A program made the translations under genes and the position numbers. The notes beneath the pieces were generated by a model that saw nothing but the letters and a program-made list of their open reading frames with translations, made no database searches and was not told where the DNA came from. This document shows positions 1 through 10,203 of a DNA stretch of 64,000 nucleotides, in pieces. The DNA is from Spirochaetia bacterium (lineage in GTDB: Bacteria > Spirochaetota > Spirochaetia > DSM-2461), in NCBI GenBank assembly GCA_963666985.2, contig CAXXIA010000002.1:2624001-2688000 (forward strand). Reading direction: 5' to 3'. Position 1 is the stretch's first letter. Each line of letters opens with the position of its first letter.

Positions 1-109
1 GCTTCTCCGTTCCGTTCTGGGTGAAGTTTGGACCGGGAATCAAAGTGTGAAAGAAGCCGTGGAAGACGGTTATGACGCACTGGTGGCCGCTTACAAAGGG
101 AACGGCTGA
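1..109 (+). CDS. 3' end of probable sugar ABC transporter substrate-binding protein (partial)
   Basis: Frame from nt 2 reads LLRSVLGEVWTGNQSVKEAVEDGYDALVAAYKGNG* (TGA at 107-109). It lies just upstream of two sugar permeases and resembles SBP C-termini. Confidence 0.55.
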   Translation, partial: LLRSVLGEVWTGNQSVKEAVEDGYDALVAAYKGNG

Positions 110-228
110 TTTGAAACCGGCGGAGGCCGCCGTAACTCTTTAAATCGGCCGACTCCGACAGTAAAGGAAAGCGTCCGTAATCGGGGCGCTTTCCCATTTT
201 TGTTTTAAATCGGAAGGATTGATTCTTT

Positions 229-1152
229 ATGCAGCCATCACCCCAAAGAGAAAAACGTAAAAACCCGATGCTGAAAACGGAAGCGCGCGCCGCCTATATC
301 TGTTTGATCCCATCGATTATCGGTTTGATTTTCATTACGTATTTGCCGCTGATCAGCGTGTTTATTCTGGGATTTTTCAAGCTGGGCAAGGGGGCGCCCA
401 CCCCTGTGTTCATCGGATTGGATAATTACATCCGGCTTTTTACCGCCGATCCGTATTTCATGGATTCGGTGAAAGCCACCATCTATTTTTCCATAATCGC
501 CGTTATCGGCAGTATGATTTATTCCTTGTGCATCGCGATGCTTTTAAATCGGAGAATCCCCGCCCGCGGTTTTTTTCGTGCCGTATTCTATTTGCCTTAT
601 GTTCTGCCGGCCATGGCCGTCTACATCGGATGGTCGTGGCTTTATGAATCGAACTTCGGCCTTTTTAATTTTATTCTCTCCGGGCTCGGTCTGCACAAGG
701 TTCGCTTCATCGCCGATTCCAAGCTGGTTATTCCTTCTCTGGCCGTTATAGCGGTATGGCTCTCGGGAAATCTCATCGTGATTTTTCTTGCGGGTTTGCA
801 GAACGTTCCCAAGGTTTATCATGACGCGGCGCAGATTGACGGCGCGAACGGCTGGCAGCGTTTTTGTCATGTAACCATTCCCTGCATGACTCCCATCATT
901 TTTTACAATTTGTTAATGGCCCTGATTACCAATATGCAGGTTGTAACGCCCGCCCTGGCTCTGACCAGCGGCGGTCCGGGGAATTCCTCCTGTTTTCTCA
1001 CCTATCTGATGTACCGGTATGCGTTTGAAAGCAATCAATTGGGATACGCCGGCGCGATTTCATTTGTGTTCTTTATCATCATCGCCATTTTTACGGCGAT
1101 TCTTTTTGCGACAAGCAAGAGCTGGATTTTTTATGAAGGGGACGATGCCTGA
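229..1152 (+). CDS. carbohydrate ABC transporter permease (MalF/UgpA-like)
   Basis: Multiple TM segments and EAA-like motif (YHDAAQIDGANGWQRF). Alternative start ATG at 268. Confidence 0.9.
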   Translation: MQPSPQREKRKNPMLKTEARAAYICLIPSIIGLIFITYLPLISVFILGFFKLGKGAPTPVFIGLDNYIRLFTADPYFMDSVKATIYFSIIAVIGSMIYSLCIAMLLNRRIPARGFFRAVFYLPYVLPAMAVYIGWSWLYESNFGLFNFILSGLGLHKVRFIADSKLVIPSLAVIAVWLSGNLIVIFLAGLQNVPKVYHDAAQIDGANGWQRFCHVTIPCMTPIIFYNLLMALITNMQVVTPALALTSGGPGNSSCFLTYLMYRYAFESNQLGYAGAISFVFFIIIAIFTAILFATSKSWIFYEGDDA

Positions 1153-2027
1153 TGTCGATAAAACACTCTCCGCGTAATGTCTTTCAAAGTTCCCGCCGGC
1201 GGGAAATCATCGGGAATTCCATCGCCTTGGCCGTTCTTGTTTTTCTCAGTGCTTTGGTGCTGCTGCCCATCTGGTGGATGTTTCGTTCCAGCCTGATGAC
1301 CAACGCGGAGCTCTATGCCTATCCGCCGGCGCTTTTCCCGAGCCGATGGCTGTTTAAGAATTATTCGGCAACGATGGATTACTTTCCCTTCTGGAAATAT
1401 CTTAAGAACACCATGACGATTATTGTTCCGTCCGTTTTGGGAGGAACGATTACGGCCACCATGGGCGGCTATGCTTTCGCCCGGCTGCGTTTTCGGGGGA
1501 AAAATTTTCTGTTTGTTCTCTGTATCGGTTCCATGCTGCTGCCCTTCATGGTCATGCTGGTTCCCTTGTACATCATGTGGACTCGAGGATTGCATGTTAT
1601 CGATTCGTATCTGCCGCTGATCGTTCCGCATTTCTGCGGAGGAGGGGCGTTTAATATTTTTCTGATACGGCAGTTCATCAAAACAATCCCCCGTGAGCTG
1701 GATGAAGCGGCCACAATCGACGGAGCGGGGCCCTTTCGTATTCTGATCAGCATTATAGTCCCCGCCATCAAAGCCGCCATGATTGTTATTGCCCTGCTTT
1801 TATTTATTTGGCTGTGGAACGATTTGCTTCAGCAGATCGTCTATATCAATTCGGTGGATAAATTTACAATTGCCTTGGGGCTCTCGCAGTTCAAAGGATC
1901 TCTCGGTTCCGATTGGTCAAAAATCATGTGCGCCACTTGTATGTCCTTCGTGCCCGGAATCATTTTTTATCTGATCGGTCAGAAATACTTCATCGAAGGC
2001 ATTGTAATGACCGGATTAAAGAATTAG
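1152..2027 (+). CDS. carbohydrate ABC transporter permease (MalG/UgpE-like)
   Basis: EAA motif ELDEAATIDGAG, GYAFARLRF, TM segments; start overlaps the upstream stop. Confidence 0.92.
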   Translation: MSIKHSPRNVFQSSRRREIIGNSIALAVLVFLSALVLLPIWWMFRSSLMTNAELYAYPPALFPSRWLFKNYSATMDYFPFWKYLKNTMTIIVPSVLGGTITATMGGYAFARLRFRGKNFLFVLCIGSMLLPFMVMLVPLYIMWTRGLHVIDSYLPLIVPHFCGGGAFNIFLIRQFIKTIPRELDEAATIDGAGPFRILISIIVPAIKAAMIVIALLLFIWLWNDLLQQIVYINSVDKFTIALGLSQFKGSLGSDWSKIMCATCMSFVPGIIFYLIGQKYFIEGIVMTGLKN

Positions 2028-2192
2028 TCATATGAGGCTTATATCCGACGGCCGAACCCCTCCGAACTTGTTTGGAAGGACGTTGTTTCAAAAGTCATTG
2101 ATTTTTGAGATTTCCTCACAGAATTGAAAATAGGAAAATGTAACGGATTTTCTTGTTCGCTTTTGGGAGGTCATTTATAATAGTCCTTCTTA

Positions 2193-3542
2193 ATGAAGGG
2201 CTATACGCGGAATAAAAATCGATTTCAGGAACTGAGACGGAAAAAACACAGAATCCCGGAGACTTCCATCGTTAAACGATATGGGTGGGAACTGGTTTAT
2301 TTCTATATCTCCTTTATCGTCATCACATATGTTTTGACGTTCTTCGGAGCCGGTTCCATTGTTGATGAATCTTCGCCGTCCGCCATTTTGGAGCAAACCT
2401 TTCCGATCTTTTTTACAATATCGCTTCTTCTCAGCGCGCTGCTGTTTTTCTCCAAGTCGAATTTTACCACACTCATACTCATTCTGTTCCGATTCTATTT
2501 AATCGCCATTCAAGGCTACGGAGTGGGAAGTTTTTTCTTTCTGAAACTTCTACTGGGGCTGGGCCTGCTGTTCGAGGCCGTTTTCTTTTTTCAAAGTCCT
2601 TATAATTTCATTTCCGCGTTTCCTCTTATCGCGGGGCTTTTGGCCGTACAAATCTATAATCCTTTTCTCGGCCATTATGCTCAAGAATCTCGTGAGATTT
2701 TTGCTTCATGGCACGAATTGACCGTTTTGGCCTTTGTTTGGGTTTTTTGCGCCGTTCTTCTGGGATTTGTAACGGAAATGGCGCAGAACAGTGAAGAATA
2801 CAAGCGGCATTTTTCCATTCAGAACAAAGGCATGCAGCTCTTAACGGACCTGAACATCGATCTTCAATCTTACGCCCGGAAGATCGATCATGAATCCTCC
2901 GAACGGGAGAGAAACAGGATAAGCCGGGAGCTTCATGATATCTCGGGTTATATTTTCACCAACCTTATCGTCATGCTTGATGCCGCCTGCAGCATTCCTC
3001 CGGAGAATTTCAACGAATTGTCCGATCTTCTCATCGCGGCTCGAAAGGAAGCCCGGCAGGGCTTGAAAGAAACCAGATCGGCCCTGCAAAAGATTCGAGC
3101 GGTTCAATTTCCGGAAGACGAGGGCTTGAGAGCCATAAATAAGATTATTGCGAATTTTCAGAATGTAACGGGTATCGGGGTGGATGTTTCTTGGGGAAAC
3201 GCGCCCTCCACGTTTTCTCCGGAGATTAATTTTATTCTTTACAGGACCGTACAGGAGGCGCTGACGAATTCCTTCAAGCATGGATTGGCCACGGAAGTTT
3301 CCATCCATTTTCTTATCCGCGAGGGGACTCTGAGGGTCAGTATTTCGGATAACGGGAAAGGTGCGAATCAAATCGTCAAGGGAATCGGTTTAACGGGAAT
3401 GGATGAAAGGATCGGTGCCTTGGGAGGGAGCGTACAGGCTTTCGCCGATTCCGGTAAGGGCTTCACTCTTTTGGCGCAAATTCCCCTTGAGCGAAAAGAA
3501 AGTCCGCCTTCGGACGCGAAAGCCGGTATACTGAAAGCATGA
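2193..3542 (+). CDS. membrane sensor histidine kinase (HisKA_3, NarX/DesK-like)
   Basis: ERNRISRELHD H-box, QEALTNSFKHG N-box, DNGKG and GIGLTGM G-boxes, N-terminal TM region. Confidence 0.92.
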   Translation: MKGYTRNKNRFQELRRKKHRIPETSIVKRYGWELVYFYISFIVITYVLTFFGAGSIVDESSPSAILEQTFPIFFTISLLLSALLFFSKSNFTTLILILFRFYLIAIQGYGVGSFFFLKLLLGLGLLFEAVFFFQSPYNFISAFPLIAGLLAVQIYNPFLGHYAQESREIFASWHELTVLAFVWVFCAVLLGFVTEMAQNSEEYKRHFSIQNKGMQLLTDLNIDLQSYARKIDHESSERERNRISRELHDISGYIFTNLIVMLDAACSIPPENFNELSDLLIAARKEARQGLKETRSALQKIRAVQFPEDEGLRAINKIIANFQNVTGIGVDVSWGNAPSTFSPEINFILYRTVQEALTNSFKHGLATEVSIHFLIREGTLRVSISDNGKGANQIVKGIGLTGMDERIGALGGSVQAFADSGKGFTLLAQIPLERKESPPSDAKAGILKA

Positions 3543-4204
3543 ACGGGATTTCCGTCCTTATCGTTGACGATCAGAATCTGTTCGCCGAAAGCCTTAAGAT
3601 GTCGATTCATAATTATACGAACGATATCAAAGTCGTCGGTATCGCTTCCCACGGCCGGGAAGCGCTGGAACTGCACTCTTCCCTGAAGCCTTCGGTGATT
3701 CTCATGGATGTCCGCATGCCGGTTATGGATGGAGTGGAGGCCGTCAGACTTTTAAAGAGTGAGGATTCTTCTGTAAGAATTATCATGCTTTCAACCTATG
3801 ATGAAGACGGCTATGTACGGGAAGCTTTATCGTACGGAGCGGACGGCTATCTGCTGAAAGACATCTCTCCGACGGAATTGATTGCCAGCATCCGGGCTTT
3901 GAACAGCGGGATAACTCAAATTTCCCCCAAGATCATCAATAAACTGATTACGAATCTTCATGAAGATGAAAAACCCGTTTTCTCCCAACTGAGCGAAAAA
4001 TTGGAATGGATGGAGAAATTGACAAAAAGAGAACGGGAGATTTTTACACTGATTGCGACCGGATGCGACAACGACCAAATCGCCCGGGAACTCTGTATTT
4101 CCGAAGGTACGGTTCGAAACCATGTGAGCATGATTTATTCAAAACTGAACGTTGAAAACAGGCTTCAGATTATCCGTTTGGCCAATCAGATCCGTTATCA
4201 TTGA
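3539..4204 (+). CDS. NarL/FixJ-family response regulator
   Basis: REC domain (VDD, LMDVRMP, YLLK) plus LuxR HTH (LTKREREI...TVRNHVS). ATGA overlap with the kinase. Confidence 0.95.
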   Translation: MNGISVLIVDDQNLFAESLKMSIHNYTNDIKVVGIASHGREALELHSSLKPSVILMDVRMPVMDGVEAVRLLKSEDSSVRIIMLSTYDEDGYVREALSYGADGYLLKDISPTELIASIRALNSGITQISPKIINKLITNLHEDEKPVFSQLSEKLEWMEKLTKREREIFTLIATGCDNDQIARELCISEGTVRNHVSMIYSKLNVENRLQIIRLANQIRYH

Positions 4205-4211
4205 ACAACCA

Positions 4212-4225
4212 GTGACAAATGTCAC
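4212..4225. promoter_or_regulatory. palindrome GTGACA-aa-TGTCAC, candidate response-regulator binding site
   Basis: Perfect 6-2-6 inverted repeat between the NarL-type regulator and the sugar ABC operon. Function is inferred. Confidence 0.5.
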
Positions 4226-4362
4226 GCATCCCAAACGCCAATCGTGATTTTTGTTTGTTTCGTTCGATACCCGCCGAAGTCATACTTCCATACATAAGTA
4301 TTAGCAAAGGTTCCCCCGCCGAAGGAAACGGTCGGCCGGAGGACCGAATGAAGGAGAGTCTT

Positions 4363-5679
4363 ATGAAAAAAGGATTGGTTGTATTGTCCTTGGTTTTGGC
4401 GGTCCTTATGGTCTTTACCGTAGGCTGTAAGAAAGAAGCCGCTGAGAAAGCCGAGGCTCCGGGAAAGGGCGGGAAACTGACCGTTTGGTGCTGGGACCCG
4501 AACTTCAACGGTTATTCCATGAAAGAAGCGGCTAAGGCATACGCGGAAGTCAATCCCGATGCCGTTGTCGAAGTCGTGGACATTCCGGAAAACATCGAAG
4601 GCAAAATCGAAGCCGGTCTGCAGGCCGGGGGAGCCGGACTGCCGGATATCGCGCTGTTCCAGGACTATGTTATCGAAAGATTCCTGCAGAACTATCCCGG
4701 TTCTTTCGTTGATTTAAAGGCGGAAGGAATCGATTTCAACCAATTCGCCCAGTATAAAGTCGGCCCGATGAGTCAGAACGGCAAGGTTTTCGGCATCCCG
4801 TTCGATACGGGTTCCACAGGTCTTTTCCTCAGAACCGACATTTTGCAGGAAGCCGGAATTAATCCTGATGATTACAATAAGGCCATGACCTGGAGCGAAG
4901 TTATCGCTTTGGGTGATAAAGTCAAAGCCGCGACGGGCAAGGCTCTTATCGTATACGACAATACCAGTTTCGATTTTCTCAGGATCATGGTTCAATCCAC
5001 AGGCTCTCAATTCTTCGCTCCGAATGGAGATATTCAGTACAATACTCCCGCTACAAAGAAATCCATCGAATACCTGAAGAAAATGAATGATAAGGGCCTT
5101 CTGTACATGACCGAAGGCTGGAACAACTGGCTCGCGGGTTTCAACGGCGGGGAAGGCGGCGGAATGCTCACCGCCATCTGGATTATCGGAACAGTGAAAT
5201 CAAAGCCGGAGAATGCCGGGAAGTGGATGGTCGTTCCCACGCCTTTAGTTGAAGGCGTCGACGGAGCCCGTAATGCGGGAAATAACGGCGGATCGTCCTG
5301 GTACGTTTTCTCCTCGAGCAAGAATAAAGATCTGGCGGTTGATTTCCTTAAAAATACATGGGCAAGCGACTCTCCGAGGGCCATCGAATTCTACAACACC
5401 ATCCTCAAAGGAGCCGGCGCCATGGGAACCTTCCTTCCCTGCCGGAGCGGATCCAATTACACCGCCAATGACGATTTCTTCTACAAGAACCAGGCCGTGT
5501 ACAAGGATTTTGCCAAGTGGATGGAAGATGTCCCCACTCTTCTGTATACACCGAATTACATGACCATGCGGCAGGCGCTGAATAATGCGCTTCAAGGCAT
5601 GTATGCCGGCAAATATAACTCGGCCGATCAAGTTATTGCCGCCGCGGAAGCGGAGTACAAGCAGCTTCGAGGCGAATAA
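4363..5679 (+). CDS. sugar ABC transporter substrate-binding lipoprotein (galactoside-type, by context)
   Basis: RBS AAGGAG at 4351-4356 before ATG 4363, signal peptide with lipobox TVGC, SBP motifs (LTVWCWD, GGSSW). Confidence 0.9.
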   Translation: MKKGLVVLSLVLAVLMVFTVGCKKEAAEKAEAPGKGGKLTVWCWDPNFNGYSMKEAAKAYAEVNPDAVVEVVDIPENIEGKIEAGLQAGGAGLPDIALFQDYVIERFLQNYPGSFVDLKAEGIDFNQFAQYKVGPMSQNGKVFGIPFDTGSTGLFLRTDILQEAGINPDDYNKAMTWSEVIALGDKVKAATGKALIVYDNTSFDFLRIMVQSTGSQFFAPNGDIQYNTPATKKSIEYLKKMNDKGLLYMTEGWNNWLAGFNGGEGGGMLTAIWIIGTVKSKPENAGKWMVVPTPLVEGVDGARNAGNNGGSSWYVFSSSKNKDLAVDFLKNTWASDSPRAIEFYNTILKGAGAMGTFLPCRSGSNYTANDDFFYKNQAVYKDFAKWMEDVPTLLYTPNYMTMRQALNNALQGMYAGKYNSADQVIAAAEAEYKQLRGE

Positions 5680-5692
5680 GCATTACATAATC

Positions 5693-5726
5693 CCGGGCTT
5701 CTTCATTATGAATAAAAGAAGCCCGG
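5693..5726 (+). terminator. intergenic stem-loop after SBP gene (terminator or mRNA stabiliser)
   Basis: CCGGGCTTCTT (5693-5703) pairs with AAGAAGCCCGG (5716-5726), followed by TCTTTTT. Confidence 0.6.
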
Positions 5727-5783
5727 TCTTTTTATTATCCCCGAGCCTCATTTCTCGGGGAAATTATACACAGGGGCTGATTC

Positions 5784-6671
5784 ATGACGAGATTGAATTC
5801 CTATCATCGGTATCTCAATAAGATAGGATGGATTTATATTCTTCCCGCGCTACTTTTTTTCTTGGTCTTCATGGTATATCCCGTCCTCTCATCTCTTTTA
5901 CTGGTAACGCAGAAATGGCAGGGCTTAAGCCGGCAGTTCGTCGGTCTGGGGAATTTCGTGAGGATGTGGCACGATAAGATTTTCTGGAAGGCCCTGGGGC
6001 ATAATTTCCTTTTCATGATTATTCAAATCCCCATTATGATTGCCTTGGCCATGGTTCTCGCGGTGATTCTGAATCAGGGAATTACGCGAATGCGGAGCGT
6101 TTTCAGAACCATCTATTTTCTTCCCTGCGTTACCTCCCTGGTGGCCTATTCGGTCCTTTTTCGGATTCTTTTGCAGTCCAGCGGCCTTTTGAATAATTTC
6201 ATGATTTCTTCGCATGTTATTTCGCAGGCCATTGGATGGCTGAACGATCCCTTCTGGGCGAAAATGACAATTATCATCGCCCTCACTTGGAGATGGACGG
6301 GATACAACATGGTTTTTTTCCTGGTGGGACTCCAAAATATCGATCCGCAGATTTTTGAAGCGGCCGAAGTGGACGGGGCTTCCAGGGTGCGGCAGTTTTT
6401 CAGGATTACCCTGCCTCTGCTGGTTCCCGTTATTCTGTTTTCTCTGGTTACGTCCACCAACGGCACCATGCAGCTTTTTGATGAACCGAATGTGCTGACT
6501 TGGGAGGGCGGACCTTCCAACGGCACGATGACGGTGGCTTTGTACGTTTACCGTCAGGCTTTCGTGCTGAATTCCGATTTCGGATACGCCGCCGCCATTT
6601 CCTATGTCATGGTTATGATTACCGGACTTTTGGCGTATCTGCAGATTAAATTCGTTAGGGAGCGTTCCTGA
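5784..6671 (+). CDS. sugar ABC transporter permease (LacF-like)
   Basis: EAA motif FEAAEVDGAS, WRWTGYNM, TM segments. Confidence 0.92.
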   Translation: MTRLNSYHRYLNKIGWIYILPALLFFLVFMVYPVLSSLLLVTQKWQGLSRQFVGLGNFVRMWHDKIFWKALGHNFLFMIIQIPIMIALAMVLAVILNQGITRMRSVFRTIYFLPCVTSLVAYSVLFRILLQSSGLLNNFMISSHVISQAIGWLNDPFWAKMTIIIALTWRWTGYNMVFFLVGLQNIDPQIFEAAEVDGASRVRQFFRITLPLLVPVILFSLVTSTNGTMQLFDEPNVLTWEGGPSNGTMTVALYVYRQAFVLNSDFGYAAAISYVMVMITGLLAYLQIKFVRERS

Positions 6672-7495
6672 TGGGCACCGTAAGAAAAAAAATCACGCCG
6701 GGACGTATCCTTATCGTTGTTTTTCTGCTTCTGGGCGCCGCTATTTCGGTTTTCCCTTTTATATGGATGCTTATCGGAACAACGCAAAATCCCAATGATG
6801 TGGTAACCGGACGTCTTGTGCCCGGAAAAGAGTTCGCCCTTAACTGGGAGAAAATGACGACGACGTACGACATCCTCCGTTTCTTCTTCAACTCCGTGAA
6901 GATTGCCCTCGGAACGGTGTTTCTGGGGCTCCTGATAAACAGTCTGGCCGCGTTCGGCTTCGAGAAGTACCCCTCGAAAGCCCGGAACAGGATTTTCGGA
7001 ATTATGATGCTGGCGCTGATTATGCCGCAGATGGCCATTGTTATTCCGCTTTTTAAGCAGATCGCCTTTATGCGGCTTCTGGATCGGCATATAGCCATTA
7101 TTCTTCCCATGGTGATGTCGATATTCATCATCTTTTTTCTTCGCCAGAATTTTAAAATGTTCCCAACCGAGATTATGGAAGCCGCCCGGGTCGACGGTGC
7201 CGGAGAAGGCCGAATTTTCTTCAGTATCGTCGTTCCTTCCATGAAGGCAACTTTCGCATCCGCGAGTATTTATATGTTTCTGCAGCAATGGAACAGCTAC
7301 CTCTGGCCCCTGATGACCATTCTCAGCGAGGAGAAGAAAACTTTGCCCATCGCCATGTCGTCCATGATGAGGGCTTATACCATTGAATACGGAGGATTGA
7401 TGCTGTTGGTCTGTATTTCAACCTTCCCCGTTCTTTTCCTCTTTTTGGCCATGCAGCGTCAGTTCGTCCAGGGTCTTACGGGTTCGATTAAGTAA
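6671..7495 (+). CDS. sugar ABC transporter permease (LacG-like)
   Basis: EAA motif MEAARVDGAGE, WNSYLWPL. Confidence 0.92.
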   Translation: MGTVRKKITPGRILIVVFLLLGAAISVFPFIWMLIGTTQNPNDVVTGRLVPGKEFALNWEKMTTTYDILRFFFNSVKIALGTVFLGLLINSLAAFGFEKYPSKARNRIFGIMMLALIMPQMAIVIPLFKQIAFMRLLDRHIAIILPMVMSIFIIFFLRQNFKMFPTEIMEAARVDGAGEGRIFFSIVVPSMKATFASASIYMFLQQWNSYLWPLMTILSEEKKTLPIAMSSMMRAYTIEYGGLMLLVCISTFPVLFLFLAMQRQFVQGLTGSIK

Positions 7496-7509
7496 CGCAG
7501 GGAGAAAAA

Positions 7510-9618
7510 ATGAAAAAGAGTATCGATTTTATTCGTAACGGATTTTTATACGGCGGAGATTACAATCCCGATCAATGGCTGGACCGGCCTGATGTGTTAA
7601 AGGAAGATCTCCGGCTGATGAAGAAGTCCGGCGTGAATGTCGTCTCTTTGGGGATTTTCGCCTGGTCCGCTCTGGAGCCCGAAGAAGGCGTGTTCCGATT
7701 CGAATGGCTGGACCGTGTTTTTGATGACTTGAACCGGAGCGGCATTCGCGTGTTTCTGGCTACGCCTTCGGGCGCCAGACCCGGATGGATGGCCGCGAAA
7801 TATCCGGAGGTTCTTCGCGTCGGTTCCGATGGAAAGCGGAATCTGTTCGGCATCCGGCATAATCATTGTTTCTCTTCTCCCGTGTATCGCGAGAAAACCG
7901 CGGAGATCAATGGGAAGCTGGCCGAACGCTATGCATCGCATCCCGCGGTAATTCTCTGGCATATTTCCAATGAATACAGCGGAGGATGTCATTGTGAACT
8001 TTGTCAGGAAAACTTCCGGAACTGGCTGAAAAATCGGTACGGGGATTTGGATTCCCTGAATAAGGCTTGGTGGAACGCTTTCTGGTCTCATACCGTTACC
8101 GATTGGAATCATATTCATTCGCCGGTTCCCCACGGAGAGCCGATGCTGCATGGTTTGAATCTTGATTGGAAGCGGTTCGTTACGGATATGACCGTGGATT
8201 TCATGGAAGCGGAAATTGCCGCCGTGCATACGGTTCGTCCGGATCTTCCGGTAACGACGAATCTCATGGCCGGTGTTGAGAACTCCGAGCACGATCCCGG
8301 ACTGGATTACTGGAAGTTCCGGGATAAATTCGATTTTGCTTCCTGGGATTCTTACCCCGGCTGGCATCTTCCGGGATACCAGGCCTTTTCTTTGGACATT
8401 CCGGAATCTCCGGTTGACGATTACCGAAGAGCTTCGGAAGTTGCCTTTCAGCATGATCTTTTCAGGTCTCTAACCGGAGGTCCTTTTCTGCTTATGGAAA
8501 GCACTCCCTCCGCGGTGAACTGGAGGCCTCTTTCCAAGCCGAAAAAACCGGGATTGAATATTCTTTCCGGCCTGCAGGCGGTCGCTCACGGGGCGAATTC
8601 CGTTCAGTATTTCCAGTGGCGTAAAAGCCGCGGCGGTTTTGAAAAATACCATGGCGCCGTCGTGGGGCATGACGGAACGGAGAATACCCGAATTTTCCGG
8701 GAAGCCGCGGAGCTGGGAAGCCTTTTGGATAAAATGCGGCCCATAGCCGATACCGATTATCCGGCCCGTACGGCACTGGTTTATAACTGGGAGAATCGCT
8801 GGGTGTTCGAAGACAGCCGAGGCGCTCTCAACGGTCCCAGGAAAGCTTACCTGGAGACTGTGAGAAAGCATTACTTCTGCCTTTGGGACAGCGGTGTTCC
8901 GATGGATATTATTTCGGGAGAGGAAGATCTTTCCGGATACGACTTGGTCGTCGCTCCGATGCTGCATATGGTTGGAAAAACATGTGAAAAACGCATCAGG
9001 GAATTCGTTGAAGCCGGCGGATTGTTTTTTACGACCTACCAATCGGGATATGTCGATGAGTCGGACCTTTGTTTCGAGGGGGCCGTACCCGGTCCTTTGC
9101 GGGATATTTTGGGGATTACCTGTGAGGAACTTGATGTTCTCAATCCTCGGGAACAGGCCGAGATACTGCCGAGTGTTGAAATGGAGTCTTTTTTTCCGAA
9201 CGGAACGGGAATCGCGACCGATTTCTGTGAAGTGGTTCAGGTTCAGTCCGCTCGATCTTTAGCCCGATTCCGGGGAAGTCTGGCCGACGGCGCGCCTGCC
9301 TTGACCGTTAATGACTTCGGGAAGGGGAGTGCCTGGTATCTTGCGGGACGACTGGACGCGGATTCCCTTAAGGGACTGTACAGGCATCTTATCAAGAGAG
9401 CCGGCACGGCGTCCGTCCATGATCGGCTTGCCGCCCGGGATGAAACCGTGAGCGTCCAGGTCCGAAGTTCCGGGGATAAAAAATACCTTTTCTTGATGAA
9501 TTTTGCACCGAAGGAAGCGGTGGTGAGGACCGTTAAATCTTATATGGATTTTTTGAATCCCGGAGAGCCGAAAAGCGAATGGATTCTTCCCGGCTGGGGT
9601 GTCGCGATACTCGAATAA
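7510..9618 (+). CDS. beta-galactosidase, glycoside hydrolase family 42
   Basis: YGGDYNPDQW, WHISNEY (acid/base), CHCELC Zn motif, LMESTPS (nucleophile), EKYHGAV. Confidence 0.95.
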   Translation: MKKSIDFIRNGFLYGGDYNPDQWLDRPDVLKEDLRLMKKSGVNVVSLGIFAWSALEPEEGVFRFEWLDRVFDDLNRSGIRVFLATPSGARPGWMAAKYPEVLRVGSDGKRNLFGIRHNHCFSSPVYREKTAEINGKLAERYASHPAVILWHISNEYSGGCHCELCQENFRNWLKNRYGDLDSLNKAWWNAFWSHTVTDWNHIHSPVPHGEPMLHGLNLDWKRFVTDMTVDFMEAEIAAVHTVRPDLPVTTNLMAGVENSEHDPGLDYWKFRDKFDFASWDSYPGWHLPGYQAFSLDIPESPVDDYRRASEVAFQHDLFRSLTGGPFLLMESTPSAVNWRPLSKPKKPGLNILSGLQAVAHGANSVQYFQWRKSRGGFEKYHGAVVGHDGTENTRIFREAAELGSLLDKMRPIADTDYPARTALVYNWENRWVFEDSRGALNGPRKAYLETVRKHYFCLWDSGVPMDIISGEEDLSGYDLVVAPMLHMVGKTCEKRIREFVEAGGLFFTTYQSGYVDESDLCFEGAVPGPLRDILGITCEELDVLNPREQAEILPSVEMESFFPNGTGIATDFCEVVQVQSARSLARFRGSLADGAPALTVNDFGKGSAWYLAGRLDADSLKGLYRHLIKRAGTASVHDRLAARDETVSVQVRSSGDKKYLFLMNFAPKEAVVRTVKSYMDFLNPGEPKSEWILPGWGVAILE

Positions 9619-9740
9619 AGAGAAAGGCCGCTTCCCGGGCCTTATTCGGTTTCTTGTCTTATCCTACTGTCTTGGGCGATCGCCATGGTCCTTGCTTTGC
9701 TTTGGTCCATTGCTGTTTGCGTTCTTCGGCTTCGCTTTTA

Positions 9741-9796
9741 TATCGCTCGGCGATGAGTACCCTTCGAGTCCTTTGAACTTCCTGAAGCTAAAAAAG
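9741..9796. repeat. 56-bp direct repeat, copy 1 (copy 2 at 10134-10189)
   Basis: TATCGCTCGGCGAYGAGTACCCTTCGAGTCCTTTGAACTTCCT..AAAAAAG; 53/56 identical between copies. Confidence 0.9.
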
Positions 9797-9820
9797 CCCC
9801 CCGATGGGGAGCTTTTTTAG
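9788..9820. terminator. bidirectional intrinsic terminator-like hairpin
   Basis: CTAAAAAAGC-CCCC cgat GGGG-a-GCTTTTTTAG with A and T tracts on both sides. Confidence 0.7.
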
Positions 9821-9821
9821 T

Positions 9822-9839
9822 TCGCGTCCTGCAGGACTC
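9822..9839 (-). repeat. duplicated tRNA-Arg 3' end (att-like core), distal copy
   Basis: TCGCGTCCTGCAGGACTC is identical to 11921-11938. Confidence 0.9.
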
Positions 9840-10032
9840 TCCCTCCATTCGCCGCCGTCCTGGCGGCTTACTTCGGGCCGTCTCCGCCGGCTTCCGCACA
9901 CATCGTGTGTGCTCTTCGCTCCTATTGTCGCGCGCCGACTTCGCTTCGAGCCTGCAGGAACAATAAAACCGCCTTTATTGGTTCAGGCGGCCCTTCCTGC
10001 AATCATGGGGATTATTATCCGGTAAATATGAA

Positions 10033-10051
10033 TCGCGTCCTGCAGGACTCG
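10033..10051 (-). repeat. duplicated tRNA-Arg 3' end (att-like core), proximal copy
   Basis: TCGCGTCCTGCAGGACTCG is identical to 11921-11939. Confidence 0.9.
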
Positions 10052-10203
10052 CCCTTCGGGCGTCGGCATCGTGCCTCCTTCCTCCGGGCCGCTGGTACCG
10101 TCTTCCAGCAACATCCTGTTGCCTCAACCTCGCTATCGCTCGGCGACGAGTACCCTTCGAGTCCTTTGAACTTCCTTAAACTAAAAAAGGGGCTGTCTCA
10201 TTA

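Noticed and set aside
229..7495. Sugar ABC clusters lacking an ATPase as defective systems
   Set aside because: CUT1-family importers commonly share an MsmK/MalK-type ATPase encoded elsewhere.
9822..10051. Additional tRNA genes or a prophage/genomic island at the duplicated tRNA ends
   Set aside because: Only the 3' 18-19 nt are duplicated, with no D or anticodon arms. No integrase or phage genes lie between the copies.
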